From: Octopus sinensis
Taxonomy: Eukaryota
Length of the DNA: 64,000 bases
Reading direction: 5' to 3'
Assembly (NCBI RefSeq): GCF_006345805.1
Contig: NC_043003.1
Location: forward strand, 65,720,001-65,784,000
Each line of letters starts with the position of its first letter. The first letter of the stretch is position 1. Both the position numbers and the translations under genes were made by a program. Positions 51,665 through 64,000 of this stretch are shown here, piece after piece. The notes beneath the pieces were generated by a model. That model searched no databases and was not told where the DNA came from. It worked only from the letters and a program-made list of their open reading frames with translations.

Positions 51665-52340
51665 TGAACTCACATTACCAGAACGTGGTCATGCTATAAA
51701 CTGTGCCAGGCAAACCATATGCTTCACTATCTATTTACTAGGGAATGGTAAAAGTTGGAAGCCGTAGATAAATTTGTCTTACACCGTTAACATTTAATAC
51801 TCTCGATGAGGCGGTCAGTTATTGACATTCTAAAACTTGTGATGCGTTTGGAAAGCTTGAATCGAGGTTTTGGTCGCACTAGGAAATCAAAGCAGCAACG
51901 AAAAAATTGACCTCTCTCACAGATGTGCCTTACCAGCGCTGTTGTGTAGATACGCGACCATGACATCCTACCGAAGGCATATCTAACATCTCCAGCGATG
52001 TCAGCGTAATATTTTATGTGCCTGACACAAGAGTGGAAATGACAAATATCGAGTCCATTGTCATGAAACACCAACTTTGATGATCTGGTCATGTTGTCTG
52101 TTTAGAGTACATGCACATTCCTAAACAAGATCTGTATTGTGGGTTGGAGCAAAAAAACGTCCCCAGTGCAACACATGCAATCGTTTCAAAGACTGCCTTA
52201 TAGACACACTTAAAAATATTATTATCGATAATAATATCCGGAAAAATCTTGCATCAGGTAAGGACGTGGGGAGGAATCTGATTGTTACTTGAGTTAAAAC
52301 ATTCAAGAACAACAATGTTGCATAACCTGTGTTAAAACGC
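51665..52340 (+). mobile_element. RTE-clade LINE 3' region (RT thumb and C-terminus)
   Basis: KLEAVDKFV...DAFGKLESRFWSH..IKAATK...TNIESIVMKHQL..SGHVV..HIPKQDLY; frameshifted. Confidence 0.88.
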
Positions 52341-53429
52341 GTTGGTAACTATGTGGAATTTGTAAATCCCCCCCCCCCTTGAGAAAGGCATGACTGGGTG
52401 GAAGAAAGGTGCATTAAACACAGGACGTGGAACTGTGGCAGAAAACAAAGAACTTAGAATTTCGGAAGGACATGATCGCCTGTGTCTTCCAATCTGGACA
52501 TGGCACCTGTTTTATATAAATAGCACTCGTTAGTTAGACTAAATCCTATGTTCAAACATGTAATAGAATTATGGCAGATGAAAATTAACTGGCACCTTCA
52601 AATCCCATTACTAATTTTCATTGTCTTGAAAGCGATGTTTTCAAACATCATATCACATAGTACCATGAATATTGTATAGAATTTGTTTTTTCCATTTTAT
52701 ATATATATATAATATCAATTCTTTTTATTTGTAATATTAATCCCAACCTGTTGTCGTTATTAATCACTCCTATGAATCATGTAGTAGGCTTTCAGTCAGC
52801 TTGCAATGTGCTTTCCGTTTATGATCTCTGTTTGTTTAAGGTGTTTCCTAATGGTTTATAATTGTTTCTGTTCGTGTCACTGTGAGAAAACAAGTTGGAA
52901 ATATAGGGTAAAAATAAAGAAAACTGACATCCATACCATTTCATTACCATCACACGCACCACCATCTATCACTTGCGTTCATATCAATTAACGTAAGTGA
53001 TGGACTCTTATTTATTTCATGATTTATTAATTTCCCCGTTTATCCTTTGTATGATTCACGCAAACATATAATTGTGCGTTTTCACCTCTTCGCATTATTA
53101 CTTCTGGATAAATATAGGTAATATAGATATGCATGATGTTTTTTTTTTTCATGTATGGTTATATTCTCTTGTTTGAGGGGAAAAGTCGTTGCCTGGATTC
53201 ACAATTAATAATTGATATATTGGTTCTCAAATAACTACAGTTTGATGAGACACATTTGTAGCAATAAAACATTGTTTGTGTCGAATGACCCTTATCAACA
53301 TGAATTTCTTTAATAATTAAAAAAAAACTGATTTGAAATAACTGACATGTTGGTAATCAGAACAATAGATGATAGACTATTTCAAAAATATTGCAAAAAT
53401 ATTCAGAACATTGCAGGACAGCAACTGCG

Positions 53430-53780
53430 CGATAAATTGGTTTCAAATTGTGGCTCCTCGAAATGATGAAAAGCAAAGTTGACAAGTGGACCGCAGCGGA
53501 AATTTAATAAATAACGTAATGACGAATGAAATGCCGCTAAGCATTTTGTCCGCCGTGCTAATGATTCTGACTGCTTGCCGCCTTTAAAGGTTTCAAATTT
53601 CTGCTCAAGTTCGGGGGTAGGGGTAAGACGATTACATAAAACCCAGTTCTCAGCAGGTTCTTATTTTATCGATCCTGAAACGATAAGACAAAGTCAACTT
53701 CTTGCAGAATTTGGACTCAGAGCCCGAGGACAGACAAAAGGCTGGAGAGAAATTTTGCCTGTGAGCTAACGATTCTGGCA
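53430..53780 (-). mobile_element. Two adjacent degenerate SINE family B copies
   Basis: gcaaagttgac...gaaatgccgctaagcattttgtccgccgtgctaa and cgattacat...ttattttatcgatcctgaaa...aaagtcaac. Confidence 0.8.
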
Positions 53781-53810
53781 TTGTATATTATGTTTCTACA
53801 TAGGGAATCG

Positions 53811-53877
<67 letters not shown>

Positions 53878-54071
53878 TAGAGAGATAGTAAACAGACAAA
53901 CAGACATATATTTCAAATTTACAGAAAACAAACATTTAAAGGAACAACAAGCAGACGTATTAGTTTAATGCTCGATATATATTTATATATGATGTGTCTA
54001 TATATATATATATATATATAATATGATATATATATATATATATATATATATAGATAGATAGATAGATATAG

Positions 54072-54126
<55 letters not shown>

Positions 54127-54447
54127 AGCTTCTTTCTTTGGAATGATGGATCTCGAAGCATATAAGCTATATAAAATAGCATATATTTCTTGCATTAAAA
54201 ACACTTTGGCAGCACGTGGGACTTGAACTCAAATCTGCTGTAATCACGGCAATGTTCGACTTTCTTTTTCGAAGGATTATTTAACCCAATATTTAAAACT
54301 AATATTTATAGCTTTATCTTCCTTCGAGATCCAAAAAGAATTATTTCATGTTATCTTGGTGTCTATATATCCTTCCTAGGTCAGGGCTGTGTTTGCTTGC
54401 ATGTGTGTATGTTTATACACACACACACACACACATATATATGTACC

Positions 54448-54479
<32 letters not shown>

Positions 54480-55916
54480 GTACATATGTGTATTGTTCTT
54501 GTATTGTTAATCTTTTCCAGTACATTTGATTCATTGTTATTTTGATCTTCCCTTACTAATATTCTGTGTATTTTCTTTTTTCTCGTTTTTCTTCAGTCTT
54601 TTGATTTCTCGCTTCTTTTCTTCATTTCTAATTAATTCTCAGAATTTAACACAGAAATTTTGATACGACTCCAATTTAGCAAGAAGCTACACACTGCCTT
54701 ATAACAATACAACGGCTATCTCTTCATCTTTTTTAAGAGTATACGTATGAATGCATGAATGTTTCGTGTGGGTGTATTTGTGAGTGCATATGTATATATA
54801 TATCTCTATATAAGCATATACATGTAAATTTCTAGACACATACAGAAATATATAAGCATATATACTGTGTGTCTCGGGGAGGGCAGGATGTTTCTATATG
54901 TGTTTTATCAATGAATCTGAAGGACAATTGTATAAACATTTATTTGTGAATGGATCGCTTATCTTTCAGAAGCACGAACGACTAGCTTTGTTTTGTAGTA
55001 GCTGTTTTTATAACTTTTTTCGTTCAATGTTTCTTTACTAGACTCCATTAAGCTATCTGTGATCAGTGCATATCAAAGATTGTATTGTTTTCCAGTAGTT
55101 ATCTATATAAACTACATATATTTATCTGAAAGTTGTTTTCTCTATGAAAACGATAGTATAAAGGAAATCATATACCAAATTTTGCCGTTCAATCTTCCAT
55201 ATTTAATTATCAGCATTTAGAAGTGACAACTTATTTCTCACACTTACTTATAAACATCTATCTAGCGTTCGTTCTGTATGTTTGTATGTATGCATGCATG
55301 TATGTATGTATGTATGTATGTATGTATGTATGTATGTATGTATGTATGTATGTATGCATGTATGTATGTATGTATGCATGCATGCATGTATGTATGTATT
55401 TATGTATGTGTGTGCCTGTATGTAAATGAAGCGCGCATATACACTATGAGTAATATATAACATTATATATTTAAATATTTACACACGCGCGCACAGATAC
55501 ATATATCATATACATCTATCTACAACATGCATATGTATGATATGTTACGCATATATATATATGATGTGTATATTGTGCACACACACACACACGTGTGTGT
55601 GTATACGCATATCTACTGGTATAGCTATCTCATGACGAACTACACTTAATTGACCTTATAATATTGAAGTGGACACATTCTAAAGGAAAGTTACCGTTAC
55701 TGAGGCACAGCATGCCAAATCTAGAAGAACTGCCTGAGCAGTATATAGGCATGATGGAATGACAAGTCAAAGAACAACGCTTCAATAATTCCTTATCCAG
55801 AGTGTGATAGATGAGAAGGATATAACAAAATCTTCAATTGCAATATGTTAACTATTTCCATAACTAGTGAAACACCATCGAAAGATCTAAATTCTGTAAA
55901 AACGAGGCTAAATAAT

Positions 55917-56314
55917 GGTTTCAAATTTTGCCAAAAGGGCAGCAATTTGGGGGAAGAGGTTAAGTGGATTACGTCGACCTAAGTGTGCATCTGTTACTTA
56001 TTTTATCGATTCCGAAAGGATGAAAGGCAAAGTCGACCTCGGCGGAATTTGAACTCAGAACGTAACGGCAGATGAAATACCAATTTCTTTACTACCCACG
56101 AGGAGTTAAACACAGAGAGGACAAACAAGGACAGACAAACGGATTAAGTCGATTACATCGACCCCAGTGTTTAACTGGTACTTAGTTTATCGACCCCGAA
56201 AGGATGAAATTCAAAGTTGACCTCGGCGGAATTTGAACTCAGAATGTAACGGCAGATGAAATACCGCTAAGCATTTCGCCCGGCGTGCTAACGTTTCTGC
56301 CAGTTGGCCGCCTA
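55917..56314 (-). mobile_element. SINE family B dimer
   Basis: Two units with linker tttctttactacccacgaggagttaaacacagagaggacaaac...ggattaagtcgat. Confidence 0.92.
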
Positions 56315-56814
56315 AATGTGATTAAATAAGGATAAATATAACCAGGCGAGACATACCTTATACTTAAAATCATTTACATTTCTACAGAATAACTGGAATT
56401 ACTGCCCAAGTCTAAACGCTCCGACACTAAATATTTAGCTGATTAACTTCTTGTTTACATATATTTCTGCATTATTGAATCCACTTTTCCAGTATGTTAC
56501 GTTATCAATGAATGCGCCATATTCATTGTAAGAGGTCTGCTAAAAGAAAAAAGATTGTGACAGAGCTAAAGATAGCAAAGTGAATCTGCAAGGCACAGGT
56601 TGAGCTTTGAATCTGTTGTGCACGTACACTAAGTTATAATGTCCTCGCTCACTTTCGGTTGTTTTTTTAAAAAAAATTTATATAGCTGTGCTTGGAAGTA
56701 AAGTGTATAGAGTGTGATCGTATCACCTCACCTAAGACGTTGTATCAGTGACCATGACAAAGGAAATATGATGTACTTGAGTTCGGGCGTGGAAAGAGAC
56801 ACGGTTTGAAGGCT

Positions 56815-57090
56815 ATTACGACCAAGAACCTTTCCAAAAATCACATCGCACATGAATGGAACAAAATTTCAAGACGTCGAGAAAATCCGAGAGAACGCCA
56901 CGAGGGAGCAGCTCGCAACCCGCAGAAAAAGTAGTTCCAGGATTGCTTCCATCAATGGAAATGAGGATGGATAAAGGGCGCAGCCTCAGAAGGGAACTAC
57001 TTCGAAGGAGATTAAATGCCAAATTAATGTGTTGTAGCTTTCTTTTTATAGCACCAGTTCCAACACTTCTTGATCGTTCATCGTCTATAT
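56815..57090 (+). mobile_element. Mariner transposase 3' end with right TIR remnant
   Basis: MNGTKFQDVEKIRENAT...FQDCFHQWK*GW...SEGNYFEGD*, the typical mariner C-terminus (GxYFE). Confidence 0.85.
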
Positions 57091-57164
57091 AAAAATTAAT
57101 TGATGTACATGCGTAATACATGTATATACGTATAGGTATATGCATTTATGATTCAGCATACATA

Positions 57165-57349
57165 TACGAAGGGTTGCTGAAAAGTACCTGGCTTTCGATA
57201 AATGATTCTATTCAGCATATTCCCGTCTCAGATTCACACACTTATTGCAATTTTTCCAAGCCTTGTAAAAGAACTAGGAAGTTTGGTCCTCCAACCAAGC
57301 CTTTCCGTGATACTCTTAGAGCCGGGAAGTTTTCAGTATCCCTCTCGTA
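57165..57349. mobile_element. Mariner-type MITE with ~29-bp TIRs ending in TA
   Basis: tacgaagggttgctgaaaagtacctggct ... agccgggaagttttcagtatccctctcgta. Confidence 0.85.
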
Positions 57350-57355
57350 TATATA

Positions 57356-57387
<32 letters not shown>

Positions 57388-57388
<1 letters not shown>

Positions 57389-57535
57389 CTTAGCGGTTCG
57401 GCAAAAGAGACCGATAGAATAAGTACTGGGCTTCCAAAGAATAAGTCCCAGGGTCGATTTGCTCGACTAAAGGCGGTGCTCCAGCATGACCGCAGTCAAA
57501 TGACTGAAACAAGTAAAAGAGTAAAAGAGTAAAAA
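57388..57535 (+). mobile_element. SINE family A 3' tail
   Basis: acttagcggttcggcaaaagagaccgatagaataagtac...gtaaaagagtaaaagag. Confidence 0.9.
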
Positions 57536-58016
57536 AGATATATATATGAATATATACGTGTATGCACGTGTTGGCGTGCTTATCACTGCTAAAGTAAATT
57601 CTCCACTGCTGCTGTAGAGTTACATCACAAAACTCGTTGAAGCCTTCTTATCTATTATTAAATTTACAATCCCTTTTTATTTTACGCTAATATGCCATAC
57701 AACATTAATTTAATTGCGTCAGTTTTTCTTTTTATCCTGTATGTTCCTTGTAGTAACTATTCCCTTTTTAACTTTCCCTTTCCTTTACTAAATAATCTAC
57801 TATTATATATATTTCTTTTTTTTTTCTCTGATACCATAGTAAAACAACATTATTTCATATTCTATGAGTTGAGCGCCATATGCCTTTGTTTTCCAACCTG
57901 CATCTATCGGAGACTTCGTATGGTTTAAATATTCTGGATACGTCGCTTCAGGGAATTACAGCGAAATTTGTCATGACGTTTACAGATACAACGTGTTGTA
58001 TATCAATGAATATATA

Positions 58017-58417
58017 CTCTTTTACTTGTTTCAGTTATTTGACTGCAGCCATGCTGGAGCACCGCCTTTAGTCGAGCAACTCGACCCGGGGACTTATTCT
58101 TTGTAAGCCCAGTACTTATTCTATCGGTCTCTTTTGCCGAACCGCTAAGTGACGGGGACATAAACACACCAGCATCGGTTGTCAAGCAATGCTAGGGGGA
58201 CAAACACAGACACACAAGCACACACGCACACACATATATATATATACATATATACGACGGGCTTCTTTCAGTTTCCGTCTACCAAATCCACTCACAAGAC
58301 TTTGGTCAGCCCGAGGCTATAGTAGAAGACACTTGCCCAAGGTGCCACGCAGTGGGACTGAACCCGGAACCATGTGGTTGGTAAGCAAGCTACTTACCAC
58401 ACAGCCACTCCTGCGCC
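58017..58417 (-). mobile_element. SINE family A, best-preserved full-length copy
   Basis: Minus strand ggcgcaggagtggctgtgtggtaagtagc...ccgggttcagtcccactgcgtggcaccttgggcaagtg...internal (TA/TG)n...aacaagtaaaagag. Confidence 0.95.
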
Positions 58418-58615
58418 TATATATATACATATATGTATGTATGTATGTATGCATGTATGTATGTATAAAATAAATGTATATGTGTGCGGGTGCTTGTGCA
58501 TGTAGATGTGTGTGCGCATTATTGTGTGTGTATGGTTGTGTCCTTCGCACGCCCTACTATCTTGGTGAAGTAACGCTGCGTGAAATGAAATGACTCACGC
58601 AAGGGCACATGGCGG

Positions 58616-58648
<33 letters not shown>

Positions 58649-58711
58649 GGACAACATTAAAAATAAGGGTTACTCCGAAGTACCAATAGCATCTTTCTAT
58701 TCTTTCTTTTA

Positions 58712-58915
58712 TTATTTCACCTGTTTGAATCATTTGACTACGGATATGCTGGAGCACCACCGTTAGTCGAACAACTTTTTCCCAGGACTTATTCTTTGTA
58801 AGCCTATATTTATTCTATTGGTGCCTTTTGCCGAACCGCTAGCTAGCGGGAACGTAAAAACACCAAAGATAGGCTGTCAAGCGATGGTGGGGGACAAACA
58901 CAGACACACAAACAT
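58712..58915 (-). mobile_element. SINE family A 3' half
   Basis: gctggagcaccaccgttagtcga...cttttgccgaaccgcta...ggggacaaacacagac. Confidence 0.82.
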
Positions 58916-59076
58916 ACACACATACCTTCATTATGCATGTATATATATATATTTTTTTTTCTAGTGTCAGCTCAGAGCTGCGGCCATGCTGATGCACCGC
59001 CGTTTTGTGCTACACTGTTATTTTGAATAACTGGGAGCAAACTGGAAATCGTTTTGGGACAATCCCCTACTTTTTA

Positions 59077-59139
<63 letters not shown>

Positions 59140-59159
59140 GTATGTATGTATGTATGTAT

Positions 59160-59447
59160 GATGGACTCTTCGTTAGAAGACGTATGGGGGATCGACAGTT
59201 TCTTACCGAACAACCACACAAATGGTCTGTTTATAGTGATCGAATATTTGTGTAGACATAAGCTCACTCCCTCCATCAGATCAACATTACCTGTACTGGT
59301 GCAACGGGTGGCACACATCAGATATCGAAGTGACCGCAGAGTTACGTGAAATTAAGTGCTTAGCTCTAGAACACAACGCAACGCCCGCTCTGGGAATCGA
59401 ACCCACGATCTCGCAATTGTGAGTGCAACATCTTAACCACTGCACCT
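59160..59447 (-). mobile_element. tRNA-derived SINE related to family C
   Basis: Minus strand ggtgcagtggttaaga...gggttcgattccc...gcgttgtgttctagagctaagcacttaatttcacgt. Confidence 0.85.
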
Positions 59448-59457
59448 TCAATATATA

Positions 59458-59575
<118 letters not shown>

Positions 59576-61267
59576 ATGTATGTATGTAGGTAGGTAGGTA
59601 TGCATGTATGCATGTTTGTGTATATACACATATGTTTGTATATGTGTATAAATATATATATGTATGCTATATATATACATAGATGTATATTTGTGTGTAT
59701 GTATGTACGTTTGCATTTATGAATATATAAATGTGCGGGCGCGTATCTGTATCGGTATAATCAGAAATATTAACATTTTGAATGCATTTAATACATACGT
59801 TTCGAGTAACTGCTAAAAAAATAATAACTGTTGCGTTATGCAAACTTGGTCAGTTCACAATTCAATAGATGACGTTACATAAGCATAAATATTTGTCCAT
59901 TGTATTGTAATTGGCGGAGAGTCTTAGAAAATCTGCCCAAATTCAATGGAGAGTTAAATACAGAGAGAAAATAAGTCGGTAGAGTAAGAGTGGGATACTA
60001 AAAAGGAAGAGTAAAAGAGAATATAAATATATGTGCAAATAGATAAATGAATGATTAAACATACCAAAAAAAGACACATTTGCCGAGATAAGCTAGAAAA
60101 GGAAATGATGAATGAAAGTGTATTAAAGATAAAATGGAAAAGGAAAAGGGGAAGAGAACCAGATAAAAATTTGGTGCTGGATGAGGCAAAGACGAAAATG
60201 AAGACAAGAGGTATCCAAACATAGGATCTGCTTACAGATAATTAAAGAAAGAAAAGTTAATGTGTTCTGGCTATTTCTATCGGAAAATAATGTAGTACCG
60301 CTGATCGGCCGCCATATGTAAACATAGATTTAACCACACACATATCACCACAAAAACATCCATACGCATACATACTACACTTACGTGGTTACACATACAT
60401 GTCTATATTCATGTTTATATATAAGTATTTATTTATATATACATATACATATACATTATATATACAAATATACGCAAATATATACACAGGCACTCCACTC
60501 CACACAAATATACACACACGTGAATGTGTGTGTGTGTGTGTGTGTGCGTGCGTTTGTGTGTATAAGTGTTTACATACAAGAATGTAGATAAACATACACT
60601 TATGTGCATGTATTGATACAACCGAAGGTAGAAATACACACACGTGTGTGTATTCTTATATATATAACAATCATAATTCAATCGAATGCTGCCTATATAA
60701 AAATCAGAGAGATGAGGGAGAGATGGAGAGATAGATAGAGAGAGAAAGGGGCTGTGCGAAGTTGTTTTATTATAGTGAGTTAAAAAAAAAGACTAGAGCG
60801 TGTTAGAAGCAGACACAAAATATTTTCAAATATGAAATAGATAAGAAAAAAAGGCAGTAAATTAAGATTAAATGTAAAATAATGTAAAGTAATATAAGAC
60901 GAAGAAATGATTTAGAAAGAACGAAGAACGTATAAGTAAATCGTAGACTGTGCCAAATGGAATTTTGAAATGTATATGAATTTGAATGATGCCAAATGAG
61001 ATTTTGGAAAATATGAATGTTGTAGAGTTTTCCAATAAAGAAAAAAAAAAAAAGAATTTCGTGATATTTATGATGATGAGAAAATTTCTAGCCAATAATT
61101 TATAAAAGATCTTCAAAAGAAGTTTCAATATTATTGGTGAAGAGCGGATTATAGCAGGAAATTTCAGGCTTCCTGCTTTTTCTAATAGTAATATTAGTCG
61201 GATATTTTAAGGCATGGAGTTAGCAGAATCGATAGCAATTTCATCTGTCTTTATATTTTCACTTTAA

Positions 61268-61775
61268 ATTCCTTTTCTATTCTAGGCACCAGGCTCGAAA
61301 TTTTGGAGAAGGGGGCCAGTCGATAACATCGACTTCACTACGCAACTGGTACTTAATTTATCGACCCCGAAAGGATGAAAGGCTAAGTCGACCTCGGCGG
61401 AATTTGAACTCGGAACGTAGCCGTAGAGGAAATACCTATTTCTTTACTACCCACAAGGAGCTAAACACAGAGAGGTCAAACAAGGACAGACAAACGGATT
61501 AAGTCGATTATATTGACCCCAGTGCGTAACTGGTACTTATTTAATCGACCCCGAAAGGATGAAAGGCAAAGTCAACCTCGGCGGAATTTGAACTCAGAAC
61601 ATAACGGCAGACGGAATACCGCAAAGCATTTTGCCCGGAGTGCTAACGTTTCTCCCAGATCGCCGCCTTTAAAATATTCTTTTCTACTCTAAGCAGAAAG
61701 ACCGAAATTATTGGGGAGGAGGCCAATCGATTACATCGACCCCAGTATGCAACTGGTACTTAATTTACCGACCCT
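61268..61775 (-). mobile_element. SINE family B dimer plus a third partial unit
   Basis: Two units with the same linker as 6690 and 55917, then gattacatcgaccccagtatgcaactggtac again at ~61730. Confidence 0.92.
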
Positions 61776-63550
61776 GTATGCAATTGTATTCTTCTTCTCA
61801 CAAAAGCTGCCATATGTTTAATTTTCAACCCCTTGGGCTTCTAGTATGACACATCAACACAATTGATTTACCTGGTTAAAGAGGATTCAATGCATAGAGG
61901 AATACTCCACTAAGAAAGGCCATTCACACATAATTCTTACACACCTAATATTCTTGTTGCCAGCCATGTATGAGGCAATATATATATATTCAATATTTTC
62001 TATTTTAAAAGATGTTTTCTGAATTCCAATGTGATTTTTTGAACTCTTATTGCTCCAGTATCTATGAGATGTCCACAAAAGGAAAATGCTCCTGCGCATT
62101 GACTATTCCATTAACATATATGTAACTGTAACATATATAAATCAGATGTGAATTCTCTCATATACAGGTATGTCTTTTCTATCATAAGCTCGTACTTCAA
62201 TATAAAATTATTTAATAACATAAGTTCTCTGAAATATTTATTTGCAAAGGCAGAATTTATTGCAATGGTTTGCGAGCCTACGTTACGTGTCTCTTGCTTT
62301 AGCTACCGATGGATTTGGTTGAGTTATTTTGTAGCTTAAACGTTCTGAATATAGCAGAAATATTGCTCAGCACAGGTTTATGTTCTCTGCAGTAGCTAAA
62401 ATAATTATGTTGCTTGAATAAACTGAGAAAACAAATAAATAAGGCAGTTATAGACCAATACTGGTTAGGAAATATCTCCATCGTATTTCCTGTTTTATTT
62501 CTTTTCACAACCTTCGTGATTCTGTGATTCACGTGTAGGAAAATAACGAAGAAATATTATTGGCTCATGATAATGCAGAACCTAAAGATGAGACATGCTA
62601 TGCCTTAATGTTTACATCTTAAATTCACATAACGTTCAAATCTGCAACGGATTTGGTCAGTCATTAAAGTCCGTATTCCTCGGTGATTTTGACAAAAACG
62701 TGCCCCGACGCTATAAAGTTATGAAAAGGAAATATACACGAAGGTTTGTTTATGTTGGGATTTTAGTTCCTTAAAAGCGCAGTGATATGTAAATCATCTA
62801 CATTCACTTTGTAAATGGAACGAATGGTAGACTCGTTGAGACTAAATTCACGGCTCCTTCCTGCAATACTCTTACCATCACATATTTTCTTGATCATCTA
62901 TACCTTCTTCTGTTGTTGGTATGAGACGCCTTTGCATGTTTTCTGTACGCTGATCACATATTGATTGGTATGAGATAAATCCATAAAAACACAATAGGCT
63001 GCGAGTCAGTGATGTAAACACAAGTGATAGTCAGTACATTCTGTGTAGCTGAGCATTGTGGGTGGTCGCTGGGAGAGGACATTGCTGGGCAAGCAGTTTT
63101 GGATCGTTGAACCGTGTTGTTACAGATCAATCTGTGATAAGTATAACATGATTCATCATTGTGTGCACTATTTTACTTCAGATCAGTGAATGGAATACAT
63201 GAGGCTACATGTAAAATATTTGAGGTTGAAAATAGTTCGAACAAACAAAGGAAGTGTGAGAAATACATATGTCAGTAGGCCATGAATCTCGAAGCAAATA
63301 AAACAAAATAAAACTATAAACAATAGCATATAAACATTGGGTTAAAATCCTTTGGACAGAAAAATTTGAAGGCTACTTATGGGACTCGACAACATACACT
63401 TCTCGCGGGTAAGATTAAAGTTTCTAAAATTTAGGGAGAAATGCGAAGGGCTGCTTTGGTTAGGTGGTAGATTGCTTGCCATGTTTACAGATGTGGGCTC
63501 TACTCCCACGGGCAGCCTTCTATTTCTTTTCTATCCAATATTTACACGCT

Positions 63551-63775
63551 TAAGGCGGCGCGCTGGCAGAAATGTTAGCATGCCGGGCGAAATTGTTAGC
63601 AGTATTTCGTTTGTCTACGTTCTGAGTTTAAATTCCATCGAGGTCGACTTTGTCTTTCATCATTTCGGGGTTGATAAATTAAGAACTAGTTGCGTATTTT
63701 GATCGATGTAATCGACTGGCCTCTCCCCCAAAATATCGGGCCTTGTGTCTAGAGTAGAAAAGAATATTCACACGC
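63551..63775 (+). mobile_element. SINE family B monomer
   Basis: taaggcggcgcgctggcagaaatgttagcatgccgggcgaaa...gaggtcgactttg...gatgtaatcgactgg. Confidence 0.92.
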
Positions 63776-63886
63776 TATTATTTATAGCCTTGCCTGCGTT
63801 GATATCCACTGTTCATATTCTCTCGACGTTCCTAAATTGTTATGACATAAACACTACATATGCATACACACACACACATACATATA

Positions 63887-63943
<57 letters not shown>

Positions 63944-64000
63944 TTTACAGAGATGTACTGGCATAGCAAGTGACTTGATCCGAGATCGTGTGCTGAAACA

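Overview
AT-rich, repeat-saturated eukaryotic DNA with no recognisable intact host gene. The SINE families resemble, from memory, those of coleoid cephalopods, most likely Octopus (inference, not a database result). The window is a mosaic of microsatellites, at least four tRNA-derived SINE families, decayed non-LTR retrotransposons (RTE, CR1-group, and several R4/Dong-like RLE lineages, some sitting in (TAA)n tracts), mariner fragments, MITEs and non-autonomous Helitrons. Almost all ORFs in the supplied track are microsatellite or transposon artefacts. The most notable signal is a set of minimal type I hammerhead-ribozyme motifs of the Penelope-like-element (PLE) kind in four unrelated non-autonomous repeat families (12768, 13808, 18578, 31224, 42767). 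One is the tail of a tRNA-headed SINE that also has a PLE-style inverted copy of its 3' end at its 5' flank, suggesting a SINE mobilised by a Penelope-type machinery. Another lies in both arms of a 456-bp fold-back. Smaller points are a duplicated exon-like segment ending at GTAAGT, a GC-rich candidate exon, a Helitron whose removal restores an RTE reading frame, and a 69-bp minisatellite inside a Helitron. Ends of degenerate elements are approximate because they were read by eye.
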